DNA of 64,000 nt from Corallococcus sp. NCRR (GTDB lineage: Bacteria > Myxococcota > Myxococcia > Myxococcales > Myxococcaceae), in contig NZ_CP114039.1 of assembly GCF_026965535.1 (NCBI RefSeq), positions 8,035,461 to 8,099,460 on the forward strand. The letters run 5' to 3'. The notes under the pieces are model-generated. The model was not told the DNA's origin. It saw only the letters and a program-made list of their open reading frames with translations, and searched no databases. This document shows positions 9,162 to 18,712 of this stretch, piece by piece (the stretch's first letter is position 1; each line of letters starts with the position of its first letter). The position numbers and the translations under genes are program-made.

Positions 9162-10049
9162 CTACGCGAGCAGCGTGGCGTCCATCACGGTGAGGGCCAC
9201 CCCGCCGACGCGGGCGCGCTCGATGTGGCCTGGCCGGCCGGTGACCTGGATGTCGATGCGGCCCGGCTTGCCGAGCGTGTCGCCCTGCTCGATGCGGCTC
9301 GACACCGTGCCGCCGTGCTCCGGGAGGCGAAGGCTCCCATGCTCGGCGAGCCAGGCCGCGAGCGGTCCCGCGGCGGAGCCCGTCACGGGGTCCTCCAGGA
9401 TGCCGAAGCCTGGGACGAAGTAGCGCGCCTGGGCCACGCTCCCCTCCTCCTTCGCTTCACGGGTGAAGAGGTAGACGCCGCGCAAGCCGTGCGGCATCAG
9501 CAGCGCGTTCATCGCCGCGCCTCGCGGCGTCAGCGCTTCCAGGTCCGCGAGCCGCCGGAGGGGCACGACCAGCCGGTGGCCCTGGCGGATCACCGGCAGC
9601 GACGGGTCCACCTGTGACGCCGTCCCGCCCAGCGTGGCCATCAGCGCGTCCAGCGCCACGGTGTTGGGCTGCACGGGCGGCGGGGGCGTGGTGATCCACA
9701 CGCGCGTCCCCTGCGTGCCCTGGGGCTCCAGCTCGATGTGGAACGTGCCACCGGGGCACTCCAGCGTGTATTGCCCCGGGCTTCGCAGGAGCCCCTTCTC
9801 CGCGAGGAGATGGAAGGTGGCCACCGTGGCGTGGCCGCAGAAGGGAATCTCGTCCACGGGCGTGAAGTAGCGCAGGCGCACGGTGGCGTCGCCGGGCCGG
9901 GACAGCAGGAACGCGGTCTCCGACGCGCTGACGGCCGCGGCGGTCCGCTGCATCGTGGGGACCTCCAGCGCCGAGGCGTCGAGCACCACGCCCGCGCGGT
10001 TTCCTGCACCGGCAGTGCGGGTGAAGGCGTCGATGATGTGAACCTGCAT
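9162..10049 (-). CDS. PhzF-family phenazine-biosynthesis-like isomerase
   Basis: Full-length PhzF fold signature (MQVHIIDAFT...PFCGHATVA...GSAAGPLAAWL). Confidence 0.85.
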   Translation of the reverse strand: MQVHIIDAFTRTAGAGNRAGVVLDASALEVPTMQRTAAAVSASETAFLLSRPGDATVRLRYFTPVDEIPFCGHATVATFHLLAEKGLLRSPGQYTLECPGGTFHIELEPQGTQGTRVWITTPPPPVQPNTVALDALMATLGGTASQVDPSLPVIRQGHRLVVPLRRLADLEALTPRGAAMNALLMPHGLRGVYLFTREAKEEGSVAQARYFVPGFGILEDPVTGSAAGPLAAWLAEHGSLRLPEHGGTVSSRIEQGDTLGKPGRIDIQVTGRPGHIERARVGGVALTVMDATLLA

Positions 10050-10192
10050 GGGCGGACTCCGGAGAGCAGAAGGGCCTGGGAAACAGCGCAGGCATGCTCC
10101 GCTCCACCATTGGCGTCAAGCGCTGGCCGGAACACCGGAGCCCCCAACAACAGGGTTGAACAAGTGCGCCCGAGCAGGCACAGCAAGGAGGC

Positions 10193-10969
10193 ATGAATCT
10201 CGTGAAGTCGGGTGGGTGGGTGGTGCTGGTGGTGTTGCTCCATGCGAGCGGCGCGGCGGCACAAATCGTCAACGTGCAGGCGCTCTTCGACGAGAAGGCG
10301 GAGCCGGGGCCGGCCGCGGCCATCGAGCTGGGAGGCGACTGGCGCACGGGCAGCACCGAGCTGTTCTCCATTCGGGGCTCCCTGGTGGGCCAGCTGCGCT
10401 CCGAGCGCGAGGTCTGGCTGGGCGTCATCCGGGGTGAGTATTCGTTCGCCAGCGGCGAGCGCATCGTCAGCCAGGTGCTGGAGCACGTGCGCTACCGGCG
10501 CAAGTTCACGGACGTGGTGTCGGGCGAGGTCTTCGCGCAGCACGAGTACAACGAGTTCCGCCGGCTCCAGTTCCGGGCCCTGCTGGGCGCGGGGCCGCGC
10601 TTCATCCTGCTCAACGAAGAAAGCCTCGGGATCACCTTCGGGGTGGCGCTGATGATGGAGTACGAGCGGCTGCGCAATGACGGCGAGGCGGACGCGGGAG
10701 ACCGCTACACGGACCCGAGAGTCTCCAGCTACCTGCTGGGGCGGGTGAAGCTGATGGAGAACATCAACCTCGTGGAGACGGTCTACTTCCAGCCGCGAGT
10801 CACCCGCCCCTCCGACCTGCGAGTCCTCAACGAGACGATCTTCGCGATGACGCCCAATCCCCGCGTCACGGTGGGCATCGGCTTCAACCTCACCTACGAC
10901 AGCGCGCCGCCCGCGACGGTCCCGCCCCTCGACACGCAGTTGCGAACCACGGTGGGAGTGAAGTTTTGA
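10193..10969 (+). CDS. DUF481-family outer-membrane beta-barrel protein
   Basis: Signal peptide, alternating beta-strand pattern, C-terminal aromatic residue (…TVGVKF). Confidence 0.6.
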   Translation: MNLVKSGGWVVLVVLLHASGAAAQIVNVQALFDEKAEPGPAAAIELGGDWRTGSTELFSIRGSLVGQLRSEREVWLGVIRGEYSFASGERIVSQVLEHVRYRRKFTDVVSGEVFAQHEYNEFRRLQFRALLGAGPRFILLNEESLGITFGVALMMEYERLRNDGEADAGDRYTDPRVSSYLLGRVKLMENINLVETVYFQPRVTRPSDLRVLNETIFAMTPNPRVTVGIGFNLTYDSAPPATVPPLDTQLRTTVGVKF

Positions 10970-11156
10970 GTGGGTGGCCAGTCGTTCGTTGACGGAAGCA
11001 CGGCTCGGGCGCTGGCGCCCGAACAAGCACCTTCGCATGGGAGCGGACTTCACTCCCAGGTGCTTCGGAACATTCAACGGAAGGCGCTGGACGTGTTCGC
11101 TTGCTCGAAGTGTGGAAACAGGAGGTGCGCTCATCCAGCGCGCCTTCGCCGCCCTT

Positions 11157-12155
11157 TCAAAATGTCTCGAGGAAGGTCTTCATCTCGCGCAGCACCTCGT
11201 CATGGTGGGTGAGCCAGACGTAGTGCCGCGCGTGCTCGAGCTTGATGCCCTTCCAGTTCGGCATGCTCATCACGCTCATCATTTCAGCCTCCCGCTGGAG
11301 CGCCCTGGCGCTCAGGGTCCTCAACTTCTCCTGCACGGGAGGGTCCATTTGGGAGAAGCCTGGGAGGTCCTCCACCCGCCCGAACCGAGGCTGATCCACG
11401 TAGAGGAAGAGCACGGGCGCCGTCACGGCCGCGAAGTCCACCTTCGAGAACCCCTTCATCACCCGCTCCTCCGCGTGCGGCCACTTGCGGTCGCGCAGGT
11501 AGTGCCCCGTCTTCGGATCGAACTCGTTCGCCTCGTCGATCTCGTGCGCGGGAAACGCTCCTCCGACGTCACGCGCGACCGCGGCGGCGAGCGCGGCGCG
11601 TGAGGCCACGTCCTCGGGAGCGGGCTCGCTCGGAGGAGGCATGGGCAGGACCGAAAGGAACTCCGCCAACAGGTCACCGTTGGTCCTCACGTCCAGGTAG
11701 ACCACCTTCTCCACGCGCTCCGGGTGATGGGTTGCCACCCAGGTGAGCTCTGGCCCGGCGACGGAGTGGCCCACGAATGACGCCTTCGCGATTCCCAGCC
11801 CTTCCAGCACCTGGACGACGTCCTCGCCCAGGGTGGCGGTGTCGTAGCCCTGCTCGGGCCAGCTCGACGAGCCAAACCCCCGGCGGGTGACGGCGTAGAC
11901 GTGATGGGCCGCGGTGAACTCCGGCGCGAAGGTGTCGAACACGTGGCCCGTGTTGCGCAGGCCCGACAGGAAGACGAGCGCGGGTCCCTGGCCTCCGAAG
12001 TCGAGCAGCTCCAGCTCGACCCCCTCGGCCACCTTCACCCGCTTCACCTGATGCAACGCGCTGGAGTCGGCAGAAGCCGGGACCGGGACGGACTTCGTCG
12101 TCACACAGGCCAACAGCGGCAAGCAGAGGAGGAGTCTTCGCATGGACTGAATCAA
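11157..12155 (-). CDS. Secreted alpha/beta-hydrolase
   Basis: Signal peptide MRRLLLCLPLLAC and GHSVAG nucleophile-elbow motif. Confidence 0.75.
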   Translation of the reverse strand: MIQSMRRLLLCLPLLACVTTKSVPVPASADSSALHQVKRVKVAEGVELELLDFGGQGPALVFLSGLRNTGHVFDTFAPEFTAAHHVYAVTRRGFGSSSWPEQGYDTATLGEDVVQVLEGLGIAKASFVGHSVAGPELTWVATHHPERVEKVVYLDVRTNGDLLAEFLSVLPMPPPSEPAPEDVASRAALAAAVARDVGGAFPAHEIDEANEFDPKTGHYLRDRKWPHAEERVMKGFSKVDFAAVTAPVLFLYVDQPRFGRVEDLPGFSQMDPPVQEKLRTLSARALQREAEMMSVMSMPNWKGIKLEHARHYVWLTHHDEVLREMKTFLETF

Positions 12156-12254
12156 CTACAGGAATGCGGAGACCACCAGGGAAGCCCATATGTCGCGCAG
12201 CTGCCGCTCCACCAGGTTGTTGTCCAGCGGCACCCATGGATTGGAAGCGAAAAC

Positions 12255-12273
12255 CTGTCCGACTGTCGGACAG
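12255..12273. promoter_or_regulatory. 19-bp perfect palindrome CTGTCCGAC-T-GTCGGACAG in divergent promoter region
   Basis: Read directly from the sequence. It lies between the hydrolase start (12155, minus) and the proC start (12383, plus). Confidence 0.4.
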
Positions 12274-12382
12274 ATTTGGAGAATGCGCTCCCGGGGGGCG
12301 CTTTCTGTCCGTGGCTCCACCTGGAGCGCTGTTGAATGCTGTTGGCGACTTCGCGTGGCCTTCTTGGGGATAGGCTTCAGCG

Positions 12383-13234
12383 ATGGCGTCCCATTCCCTC
12401 TCTGCTCCCGTCGTCCTCCTGGGAGGCGGCAAGATCGCTGAAGCGCTCATCCTCGGGCTGCTGCGCTCCGGCCACGTGCGTCCTTCGGACCTTCGCGTCA
12501 CGGTGCGCCGGCCCGAGCGCGGAGAAGAGCTGCGCTCCCGACACGGCGTGCACGTCCTCATGGACAACGCGCAGGCGGTGCGGGGCGCGGGGGTGATCCT
12601 GCTGGCGGTGCGGCAGGCACAGCTGCGCGAGCTGATGGCGGTCATCTCGCCGGCTCTGGAGCCAGGGCAGACCGTGGTGTCGCTCTCCGCGGACGTTCGG
12701 CTCGCTCAGTTGGAAGCGGCGCTGCCCTCCTGCGTCTCTGTCATCCGCGCCCTGCCCCATACGCCCGTGCGCGTGGGAGCAGGCGTGACGCCCCTGACGG
12801 CCGGAATCCGTGCGACGGAGACCTCGAGACAGACGGCCGAGTCAGTCTTCGCGGCGATGGGACGGCCGATGTGGATGACCGAGGAGGCGCTCACGGTCTG
12901 CACGGGTGTGTGCGGCACGGGCCCCGCGTATGTCTTCCGCTTCGTGGAAGCCCTCGCGCAGGCCGCCATGGCGCACGGGATGGACTCGGAGGAAGCGGCG
13001 GCGCTCGCGAAGGAAACGCTCATTGGCGCGGCGAAGCTGCTGGCCGAGCCCGGCGCCACCACGCCTCGCCTCATCACGGAGATAGCCACCCCGGGCGGCA
13101 TCACCGAAGCGGGACTGATGGCGATGGACGCCCACGGCCTCCCTCGCGCCGTGGGCGAAGCGGTCTCCGTCGCCATCCAGCGCACCCGTGAGCGCGCGGA
13201 CGCGAACGCCACGGCCTACGCCAGACCGAAGTGA
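12383..13234 (+). CDS. proC: Pyrroline-5-carboxylate reductase
   Basis: Rossmann N-terminus (VVLLGGGKIAEAL) and a ProC C-terminal dimerisation domain (GPAYVFRFVEALAQAAMAHGM...TTPGGITEAG). Confidence 0.85.
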   Translation: MASHSLSAPVVLLGGGKIAEALILGLLRSGHVRPSDLRVTVRRPERGEELRSRHGVHVLMDNAQAVRGAGVILLAVRQAQLRELMAVISPALEPGQTVVSLSADVRLAQLEAALPSCVSVIRALPHTPVRVGAGVTPLTAGIRATETSRQTAESVFAAMGRPMWMTEEALTVCTGVCGTGPAYVFRFVEALAQAAMAHGMDSEEAAALAKETLIGAAKLLAEPGATTPRLITEIATPGGITEAGLMAMDAHGLPRAVGEAVSVAIQRTRERADANATAYARPK

Positions 13235-13899
13235 CGCTTGAGCCCCCGCTGTCCTCCAGGCGTGACGATGAGGCCGCGCGAGTCGGGCTGACGCTCCACC
13301 CACCCCAATGAGAACACCCGGGCGGCGAGCACCGCGCCCAGTGCCCCCGCGAGGTGATCGCGCCGCTCGCTCCAGTCCAGGCACCGGTGGGCGAAGTGGC
13401 GCCGCTGCTCGCGCACGGGCGCCAGGTCGACGCCGAAGTCCTGGAACCATGCCTCGCCGCTCGGCGTGAGCGCGAACGCGCGTTTGCGGAGGGAGAGGTG
13501 CCCGGCCCGAAGCAGCGCGTCGGTGATGCCCATGCCCAGTCGGCCCGCCAGATGGTCGTAGCAGTAGCGCGCGGCCCGCAGGGGCTCCGGAGTCGCTGAC
13601 GCACGGGGCGCTCGGACCGCCACGGTCATCAGCGCTTCCACCATCCGCGCCACGGTGGGCGTGGCGATCCGGAACACCTTGTTGCGCCCCTGCCGCGTGG
13701 CGCGGACCAGCCGGGCCTGCTCCAACCGCTGCAGGTGCGCGGTCGCCGTCGCGGGGCTGACGCCCGTGCCGAACGCGAGCTCCTTCGCGACGAGCGCCCG
13801 CCCCTCCATCAGCAGCTCCAACATCCGGATCCGCGTGGCATCCCCCACGGCCGTGGCCAACGTCGTGAGGTCCGGCCCTGCATTCATCGTTCGGTCCAT
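13216..13899 (-). CDS. ArsR/SmtB-family winged-helix transcriptional regulator with C-terminal extension
   Basis: HTH region ATRIRMLELLMEGRALVAKELAFGTGVSPATATAHLQRLEQARLV. Start at internal ATG 13899 (MDRTMNAG...); the 488-aa ORF extension is antisense to the P450 gene. Confidence 0.7.
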   Translation of the reverse strand: MDRTMNAGPDLTTLATAVGDATRIRMLELLMEGRALVAKELAFGTGVSPATATAHLQRLEQARLVRATRQGRNKVFRIATPTVARMVEALMTVAVRAPRASATPEPLRAARYCYDHLAGRLGMGITDALLRAGHLSLRKRAFALTPSGEAWFQDFGVDLAPVREQRRHFAHRCLDWSERRDHLAGALGAVLAARVFSLGWVERQPDSRGLIVTPGGQRGLKRHFGLA

Positions 13900-13962
13900 G
13901 GCGAACCATTTCCTAGCACACGGACGCGCCAACGGCAGCAGAGTGCCTGACCTCGAGGACCG

Positions 13963-15084
13963 ATGACACCGCCCACCGACCCGTATCAGGCCGTCACCCA
14001 TGCCGACCCATACCCCTACTACGCGGAGCTTCGAGCCCGGGGCGGACTGCACCGCGCCCCCGGCTTCGGGCCATGGATCGCCGCGGATGCGGCCACCGTC
14101 CGCGCGGTGCTCACGAGCGAGCACTGCCGGGTCCGGCCACGGTCGGAGCCCGTGCCCGCGCATCTGGTGGGCACCGCCGCCGGAGCCCTCTTCGGACGGC
14201 TGGTGCGGATGAACGACGGTGGCCCCTACCCCGCCGTGAAGCAGACGCTCGCACGCGCGCTGCCGGAGGCGCTGCGGGAGGTCGAAGCGGAGAGCCGCCG
14301 CCAGGCGGCACGGCTGTTCGCGACGCCATCGCGGATACGACTGCCGGACGCCGCCCTCCAACTCCCCGTGTTCGTGCTGGGGTCGCTGCTGGGCTTCCCG
14401 GAGGACACGCTGGAAGCGAGCGTGCGAGACGTGGATGCCTATGTCCGCTCGGTCGCCGGTTCCCCTGGTGACAGCGAGAGCGCGGCGAGGCTGAACGGCC
14501 GCGTGGCCGCCTGTTTCCAGTCCACGGCGAGGACCGCGTTCACGGCCCGGCTCATGGAAGGCCACGGTCCGGAGGACCTGCGCATCCCCAACGCCGTGGG
14601 CCTGCTCACCCAGGCGTATGAAGCGACGGCCGGTCTCCTGGGCGCGACGCTGCGGGCCTTCGCCTGTGTGCCCGGGCTGCATGAACAGCTCTCACAGGGC
14701 GCGTGCACGCTGGATGACGTGGTCCAGGAAGCGGCTCGCCACGATTCCCCGGTCCAGAACACGCGACGCTTCACCCATGCCGCCGCGACCGTCGCGGGTC
14801 AGGCGCTGGAAGCCGGTGAGACCCTCGTCGTCGTGCTGGCCGCCGCGAATCGGGATCCGCTGGCGAATCCGCAGCCCGACGCCTTCCTGCCACGGCGGGC
14901 GGCGCGCCAGACCTTCACCTTCGGCCTGGGCTCGCATGCCTGTCCCGGGCACCTGCTCGCGACGGCGATGACCACCGCGGCGGTGGAGCGCATGCTCGCG
15001 AGCGGTCTGGACCTGTCGCCGCTGTCGGGGCCCGTCACCTGGCGTGCGTCCACCAACACCCGCGTCCTGGGAGGACTGGAATGA
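13963..15084 (+). CDS. Cytochrome P450
   Basis: Haem-binding loop FTFGLGSHACPG and EXXR region. Divergent from the ArsR gene. Confidence 0.85.
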   Translation: MTPPTDPYQAVTHADPYPYYAELRARGGLHRAPGFGPWIAADAATVRAVLTSEHCRVRPRSEPVPAHLVGTAAGALFGRLVRMNDGGPYPAVKQTLARALPEALREVEAESRRQAARLFATPSRIRLPDAALQLPVFVLGSLLGFPEDTLEASVRDVDAYVRSVAGSPGDSESAARLNGRVAACFQSTARTAFTARLMEGHGPEDLRIPNAVGLLTQAYEATAGLLGATLRAFACVPGLHEQLSQGACTLDDVVQEAARHDSPVQNTRRFTHAAATVAGQALEAGETLVVVLAAANRDPLANPQPDAFLPRRAARQTFTFGLGSHACPGHLLATAMTTAAVERMLASGLDLSPLSGPVTWRASTNTRVLGGLE

Positions 15085-15425
15085 TTGCTGTCATCTTCGA
15101 GGTCTGGGCACACGAGTCGCATCGGCAGCGGTACCTGGACCTCGCGGCGGAACTGCGCCCACTGCTGGCGGACATCGACGGCTTCATCTCCATCGAGCGG
15201 TTCCAGAGCCTCACCGAACCGGGGAAGCTCTTGTCCCTGTCCTACTGGCGCGACGAGGCAGCGGTGGCGGAGTGGCGGCGACTGGAGGCCCACCGTGACG
15301 CCCAGCGCGAAGGCCGGGGGGGCGTGTTCAGCGACTACCGCCTGCGGGTGGCGCACGTCGTGCGGGATTACGGCTTGAAGGACCGGGCGGCCGTGCCCGC
15401 TGACAGTCGCACCGTGCACGGTTGA
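15081..15425 (+). CDS. ABM-domain monooxygenase-like protein
   Basis: 114 aa, ABM pattern (IAVIFEVWAHESHRQRYLD...LSYWRDEAAVAEW). Start overlaps the P450 stop (ATGA). Confidence 0.65.
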   Translation: MIAVIFEVWAHESHRQRYLDLAAELRPLLADIDGFISIERFQSLTEPGKLLSLSYWRDEAAVAEWRRLEAHRDAQREGRGGVFSDYRLRVAHVVRDYGLKDRAAVPADSRTVHG

Positions 15426-15508
15426 AGCGGCTGGCGCACGGCGGCTGTCCTCCCGCCCGTCCCTCCCATGCGGGCCATGACTCCCCCACCTTCTGTGGGG
15501 GGTGAACG

Positions 15509-15910
15509 ATGAAGCGAGGCCAATGGAGACGTTGCTGGGGGCTGGCTGCCGCGCTGCTCGGGCTTCCGGCCGCGGCGCAACTGGAAGGCCCTCCCGAGCA
15601 GGAGGCGTCGCAATACTCCTGCTTCGAAGCGGCGCGCGAGGGTAGCGGGGTGAGCGAGAGCGTCGCGGCGCAGCTCTGCCAGGGTGCCCGCTCCGACACC
15701 CCGGCGAAATGTTTCCTCCGGGTGCAGGAGAAAGGCTTCCTCGCCGACCCGCAGGCGCTCCAGCTCTGCCAGTACGCCACGCCCTCGGATGATCCCGCGT
15801 CCTGCTACCTCAAGGCGCGGAACTCCTCGTTCCTGGACGAGACACAGCTCCTGGAGCTCTGCCGCCCGCCCATCGCGCAGATGCTGAAGATGTGTCCCTA
15901 CGGTCCGTGA
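15509..15910 (+). CDS. Small secreted Cys-containing protein with three ~27-aa internal repeats
   Basis: Signal peptide. Repeat consensus is C(F/Y)(E/L)...E/F.....QLCQ, seen as SCFEAAREG..AQLCQ, KCFLRVQEKGFL..LQLCQ and SCYLKARNSSFL..LELCR. Confidence 0.5.
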   Translation: MKRGQWRRCWGLAAALLGLPAAAQLEGPPEQEASQYSCFEAAREGSGVSESVAAQLCQGARSDTPAKCFLRVQEKGFLADPQALQLCQYATPSDDPASCYLKARNSSFLDETQLLELCRPPIAQMLKMCPYGP

Positions 15911-15914
15911 GGGC

Positions 15915-18599
15915 TCACCGGGCGCGGAGGAACGCCTTGACGCTCGGGGACTGGAGCTTCTGGGACTCGATGCACAGCCGGATGGACTCCAGGGCCCGGG
16001 CGAGCGAGCGCGGACCGCCTTCGATCTTGTCCACGCGGGGCGTGAGGAAGGTCTCCACCTGCGTCAGGTGGATGTCATCGCAGAGGCTCCCCGTCTGTCC
16101 AATCAGCCGGCCCAGCTCATCCGAGCGCAGCCGCTGGGTCAGCGCATCGAAGTGCGTCTGGTAGAAGTCCCACGCTAGCGACTGGGACTCCGGCGACATC
16201 AACGCCATCCGGAGGATGACCTGCGAGTCGCGCACGTCGAACTCCGGCGACACCACGAGCCCCAGCGCCCGCCACAGCAGGTCCGGGTTCCGGAAGTATG
16301 AAAGCGACGTCAGCAGCCGGGAACGCTCGGTGCGGTCCTGTTCCTTCTTCGCCGCCTCCAGCAGCGCGTCGAACAGCGCCGCGTCACCGTGCGTCGCCGC
16401 TCGCGGCAGCGCGGCACCGAACGCCTCCGGGTCCACCGACTTGCGGTCCTCAAGCCAGGCGCGCACCAGGGGCAGCGACTCCTTCACCAGCCGGGGGTCA
16501 TCCCCCAGACCGCCCGCCAGACGGAGGAACAGGGAGCGTGAATCCTTCACGGAGTCGTCCTCGCCCGGCTTCGGCACCCAGCCCAGGGCCCGCGCGCGCG
16601 CCGAGTAGAGCGAGGCCACCCACGCGCGAAAGCGCTGGCGCTCCTCGGGCGTGAGCTGATCCAGGCGCACGAGGTCCAGCATCAAGGCCCCGCTCTGCAC
16701 CACGAGCCGGTTCGTCGACTTCGCGGAGGCAGGCACCGCCTTCAGCGCCTCCCCCAGCGGCAGGTCGCCCCGGTTCACCGCCGCATCCACGTCCGCCCAG
16801 AGCGCCACCTGCTCCGCGGGAGTGAAGGCGGCGGGCGGAGTCGCGAGCAGCTTCGTCAACTGCTCGCGGGTGTAACCGCCCCGGTAGTAACCCGTGCCGC
16901 CCGCGTTGAGCAGCACCCACGCCGGGCACTGCTTCGTGGGCAACGCGACCTCTACGGACGGGCCCTGCAACATCGAGCACACCCGCGACGACTGGGTGCC
17001 CGTCCCCACGCGAAGACACACGGGCACCTGCCACTCCTGCCGCGAGTCCGCCTTGGAGCCCACGGGCAGGTACCGCTCCTGCGACAGCTTCACGGACGGA
17101 GCGCCGCCCGCCGGGCAGGACAGCTGCGCGGTGATGCGAGGCGCCCCGCTGCGCTCGATGAAGCCGCCAAAGGATTGCGCCACCTCCGGCCCCGCCGCCT
17201 GGGACAGGTCCGCGAGGAAGTCCTCCAGCGTCGCGACCTTCCACGCGTGCTTGCGGACATAGCCCCGGAGGAAGTCGCGGAAGCGCTCCGGCCCCAGCCA
17301 GGCCTCGTACATGGCGATGACGGACGAGCCCTTGTCATACGTCGTCCCGTTGTCGAACGAGCCCACGATGTCGTCGTTGCTCTCCACGGGCTTGCGCACG
17401 GGCAGCGCCGCCGCCAGCTCATCCGACGCCAGCGCGGAGCGGGTCGCGGACATGGCGCGCTCCTGCTGGAAGTCCCAGGACGGCTCCAGCCGGTCCACGG
17501 TCTGCCGGTCCAGCCACGCGGTGAAGGACTCGTTGAGCCAGATGTCGTTCCACCAGGAGCAGGTGACGACGTCCCCGAACCAGTAGTGGCCCAGCTCATG
17601 GTTGGCGATGACCGCGTACGACTTGCGGCGGGCCAGCGTCTCCTCGCCGGGCGGGATGAGCGTGAGCGGCTGCCCGAGCGCGACGATGCCGGGGTGCTCC
17701 ATGGTGCCCCAGTACCGGGGCACGACCGCCACATCGAGCTTCTCGTACGGATACGGCTGGTCGAAGAAGTCCTCCAGCCCCTTCACGATGCGAGGCGTGA
17801 TGCTCGCGGCGTAGCGCGTCTCCGCGCCCCGGCCCTTGGGGACGATGAAGCGCAGCGGCACGTTCGTGCGCCCCACGGTGCCAGCCTCCACCACGTCGAA
17901 CGGCCCCACCATGAAGGCCACGAGGTAGCTGGGCATCGGCTTGCTCTCCGCGAAGGTGACGCGCTCCAGGCCGTCCGCCAGGGGCTCGCGCGACACGACG
18001 GGATGATTGGCCAGCGCCACGTGTCCGGCCTTCACGGTGAAGCGCAGGCGCCAGGGCACCTTGAAGGTCGGCTCGTCGAAGCAAGGGAAGGCGCGGCGCG
18101 CGTCGATGGGCTCGAAGAACGTGTAGAGGTAGGGCTCACCGCCCTCCTCCACTCCATAGATGCCCTGGCTGCGCTCGCGGTCCACCTTGCCGGTGAAGTC
18201 GAGCACGAGCTGGGCCTGCCCAACGGGCAACTCCTCCGGAAGGAGCAATCCCAGACGTCCCTCGGGCGCGGTGACAGGCTTCGCGTCGAACGTGCGACCG
18301 CCCGCGGTGACGCGAGCCCGCGTCACGTCCACGTCCTGCGCATGCAGCCACACCTGGCGCACGGGCTCGCGGACCTCCACGTCGATGGTGACGCTGCCCG
18401 GGTACGTGTCCTCCGAGGGCACGAGCTTCAGGTCCAGCGCGTAGTGCACGGGCCGCACGGTGTCCGGCAGCCGCAGCGCGGGAGGCAGGGCCTCCGGCCA
18501 CGACACGGCGGGAGGCGCGGAAGCAGTCGGTGCGGCCTCTGGCGCGTGGGCACAGCGGACGGTCAACACCACCAAGGCGAGGAGTGGGAGCAGTCGCAT
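15915..18599 (-). CDS. M1-family aminopeptidase (aminopeptidase N-like), secreted
   Basis: HELGHYWFG zinc motif with WLNESFTAW glutamate 18-20 aa downstream. GTMEH exopeptidase motif. Signal peptide. Confidence 0.85.
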   Translation of the reverse strand: MRLLPLLALVVLTVRCAHAPEAAPTASAPPAVSWPEALPPALRLPDTVRPVHYALDLKLVPSEDTYPGSVTIDVEVREPVRQVWLHAQDVDVTRARVTAGGRTFDAKPVTAPEGRLGLLLPEELPVGQAQLVLDFTGKVDRERSQGIYGVEEGGEPYLYTFFEPIDARRAFPCFDEPTFKVPWRLRFTVKAGHVALANHPVVSREPLADGLERVTFAESKPMPSYLVAFMVGPFDVVEAGTVGRTNVPLRFIVPKGRGAETRYAASITPRIVKGLEDFFDQPYPYEKLDVAVVPRYWGTMEHPGIVALGQPLTLIPPGEETLARRKSYAVIANHELGHYWFGDVVTCSWWNDIWLNESFTAWLDRQTVDRLEPSWDFQQERAMSATRSALASDELAAALPVRKPVESNDDIVGSFDNGTTYDKGSSVIAMYEAWLGPERFRDFLRGYVRKHAWKVATLEDFLADLSQAAGPEVAQSFGGFIERSGAPRITAQLSCPAGGAPSVKLSQERYLPVGSKADSRQEWQVPVCLRVGTGTQSSRVCSMLQGPSVEVALPTKQCPAWVLLNAGGTGYYRGGYTREQLTKLLATPPAAFTPAEQVALWADVDAAVNRGDLPLGEALKAVPASAKSTNRLVVQSGALMLDLVRLDQLTPEERQRFRAWVASLYSARARALGWVPKPGEDDSVKDSRSLFLRLAGGLGDDPRLVKESLPLVRAWLEDRKSVDPEAFGAALPRAATHGDAALFDALLEAAKKEQDRTERSRLLTSLSYFRNPDLLWRALGLVVSPEFDVRDSQVILRMALMSPESQSLAWDFYQTHFDALTQRLRSDELGRLIGQTGSLCDDIHLTQVETFLTPRVDKIEGGPRSLARALESIRLCIESQKLQSPSVKAFLRAR

Positions 18600-18712
18600 G
18601 GGGGCGCAGCGTAGACCACGAGGATGTCTCCCGGTCTGTGAAACAGTGCGTTCAACCCTGGGAGCCGCTACGGTCCGGCTCCCCCCGCATCACCCTCAAG
18701 CCGAGGAAAAAC

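Noticed and set aside
8346-9617. 423-aa plus-strand ORF (and the 8350..9423 sibling)
   Set aside because: Antisense to the Hsp20 and PhzF genes, which have clear family signatures. R/G/L-rich junk composition.
9641-11134. 497-aa minus-strand ORF
   Set aside because: Overlaps PhzF in another frame and runs antisense through the DUF481 OMP gene. No domain signatures.
13900-14682. N-terminal extension of the 488-aa ORF containing the ArsR regulator
   Set aside because: The extension is antisense to the P450 gene and compositionally aberrant. The internal start at 13899 gives a normal-sized ArsR regulator.
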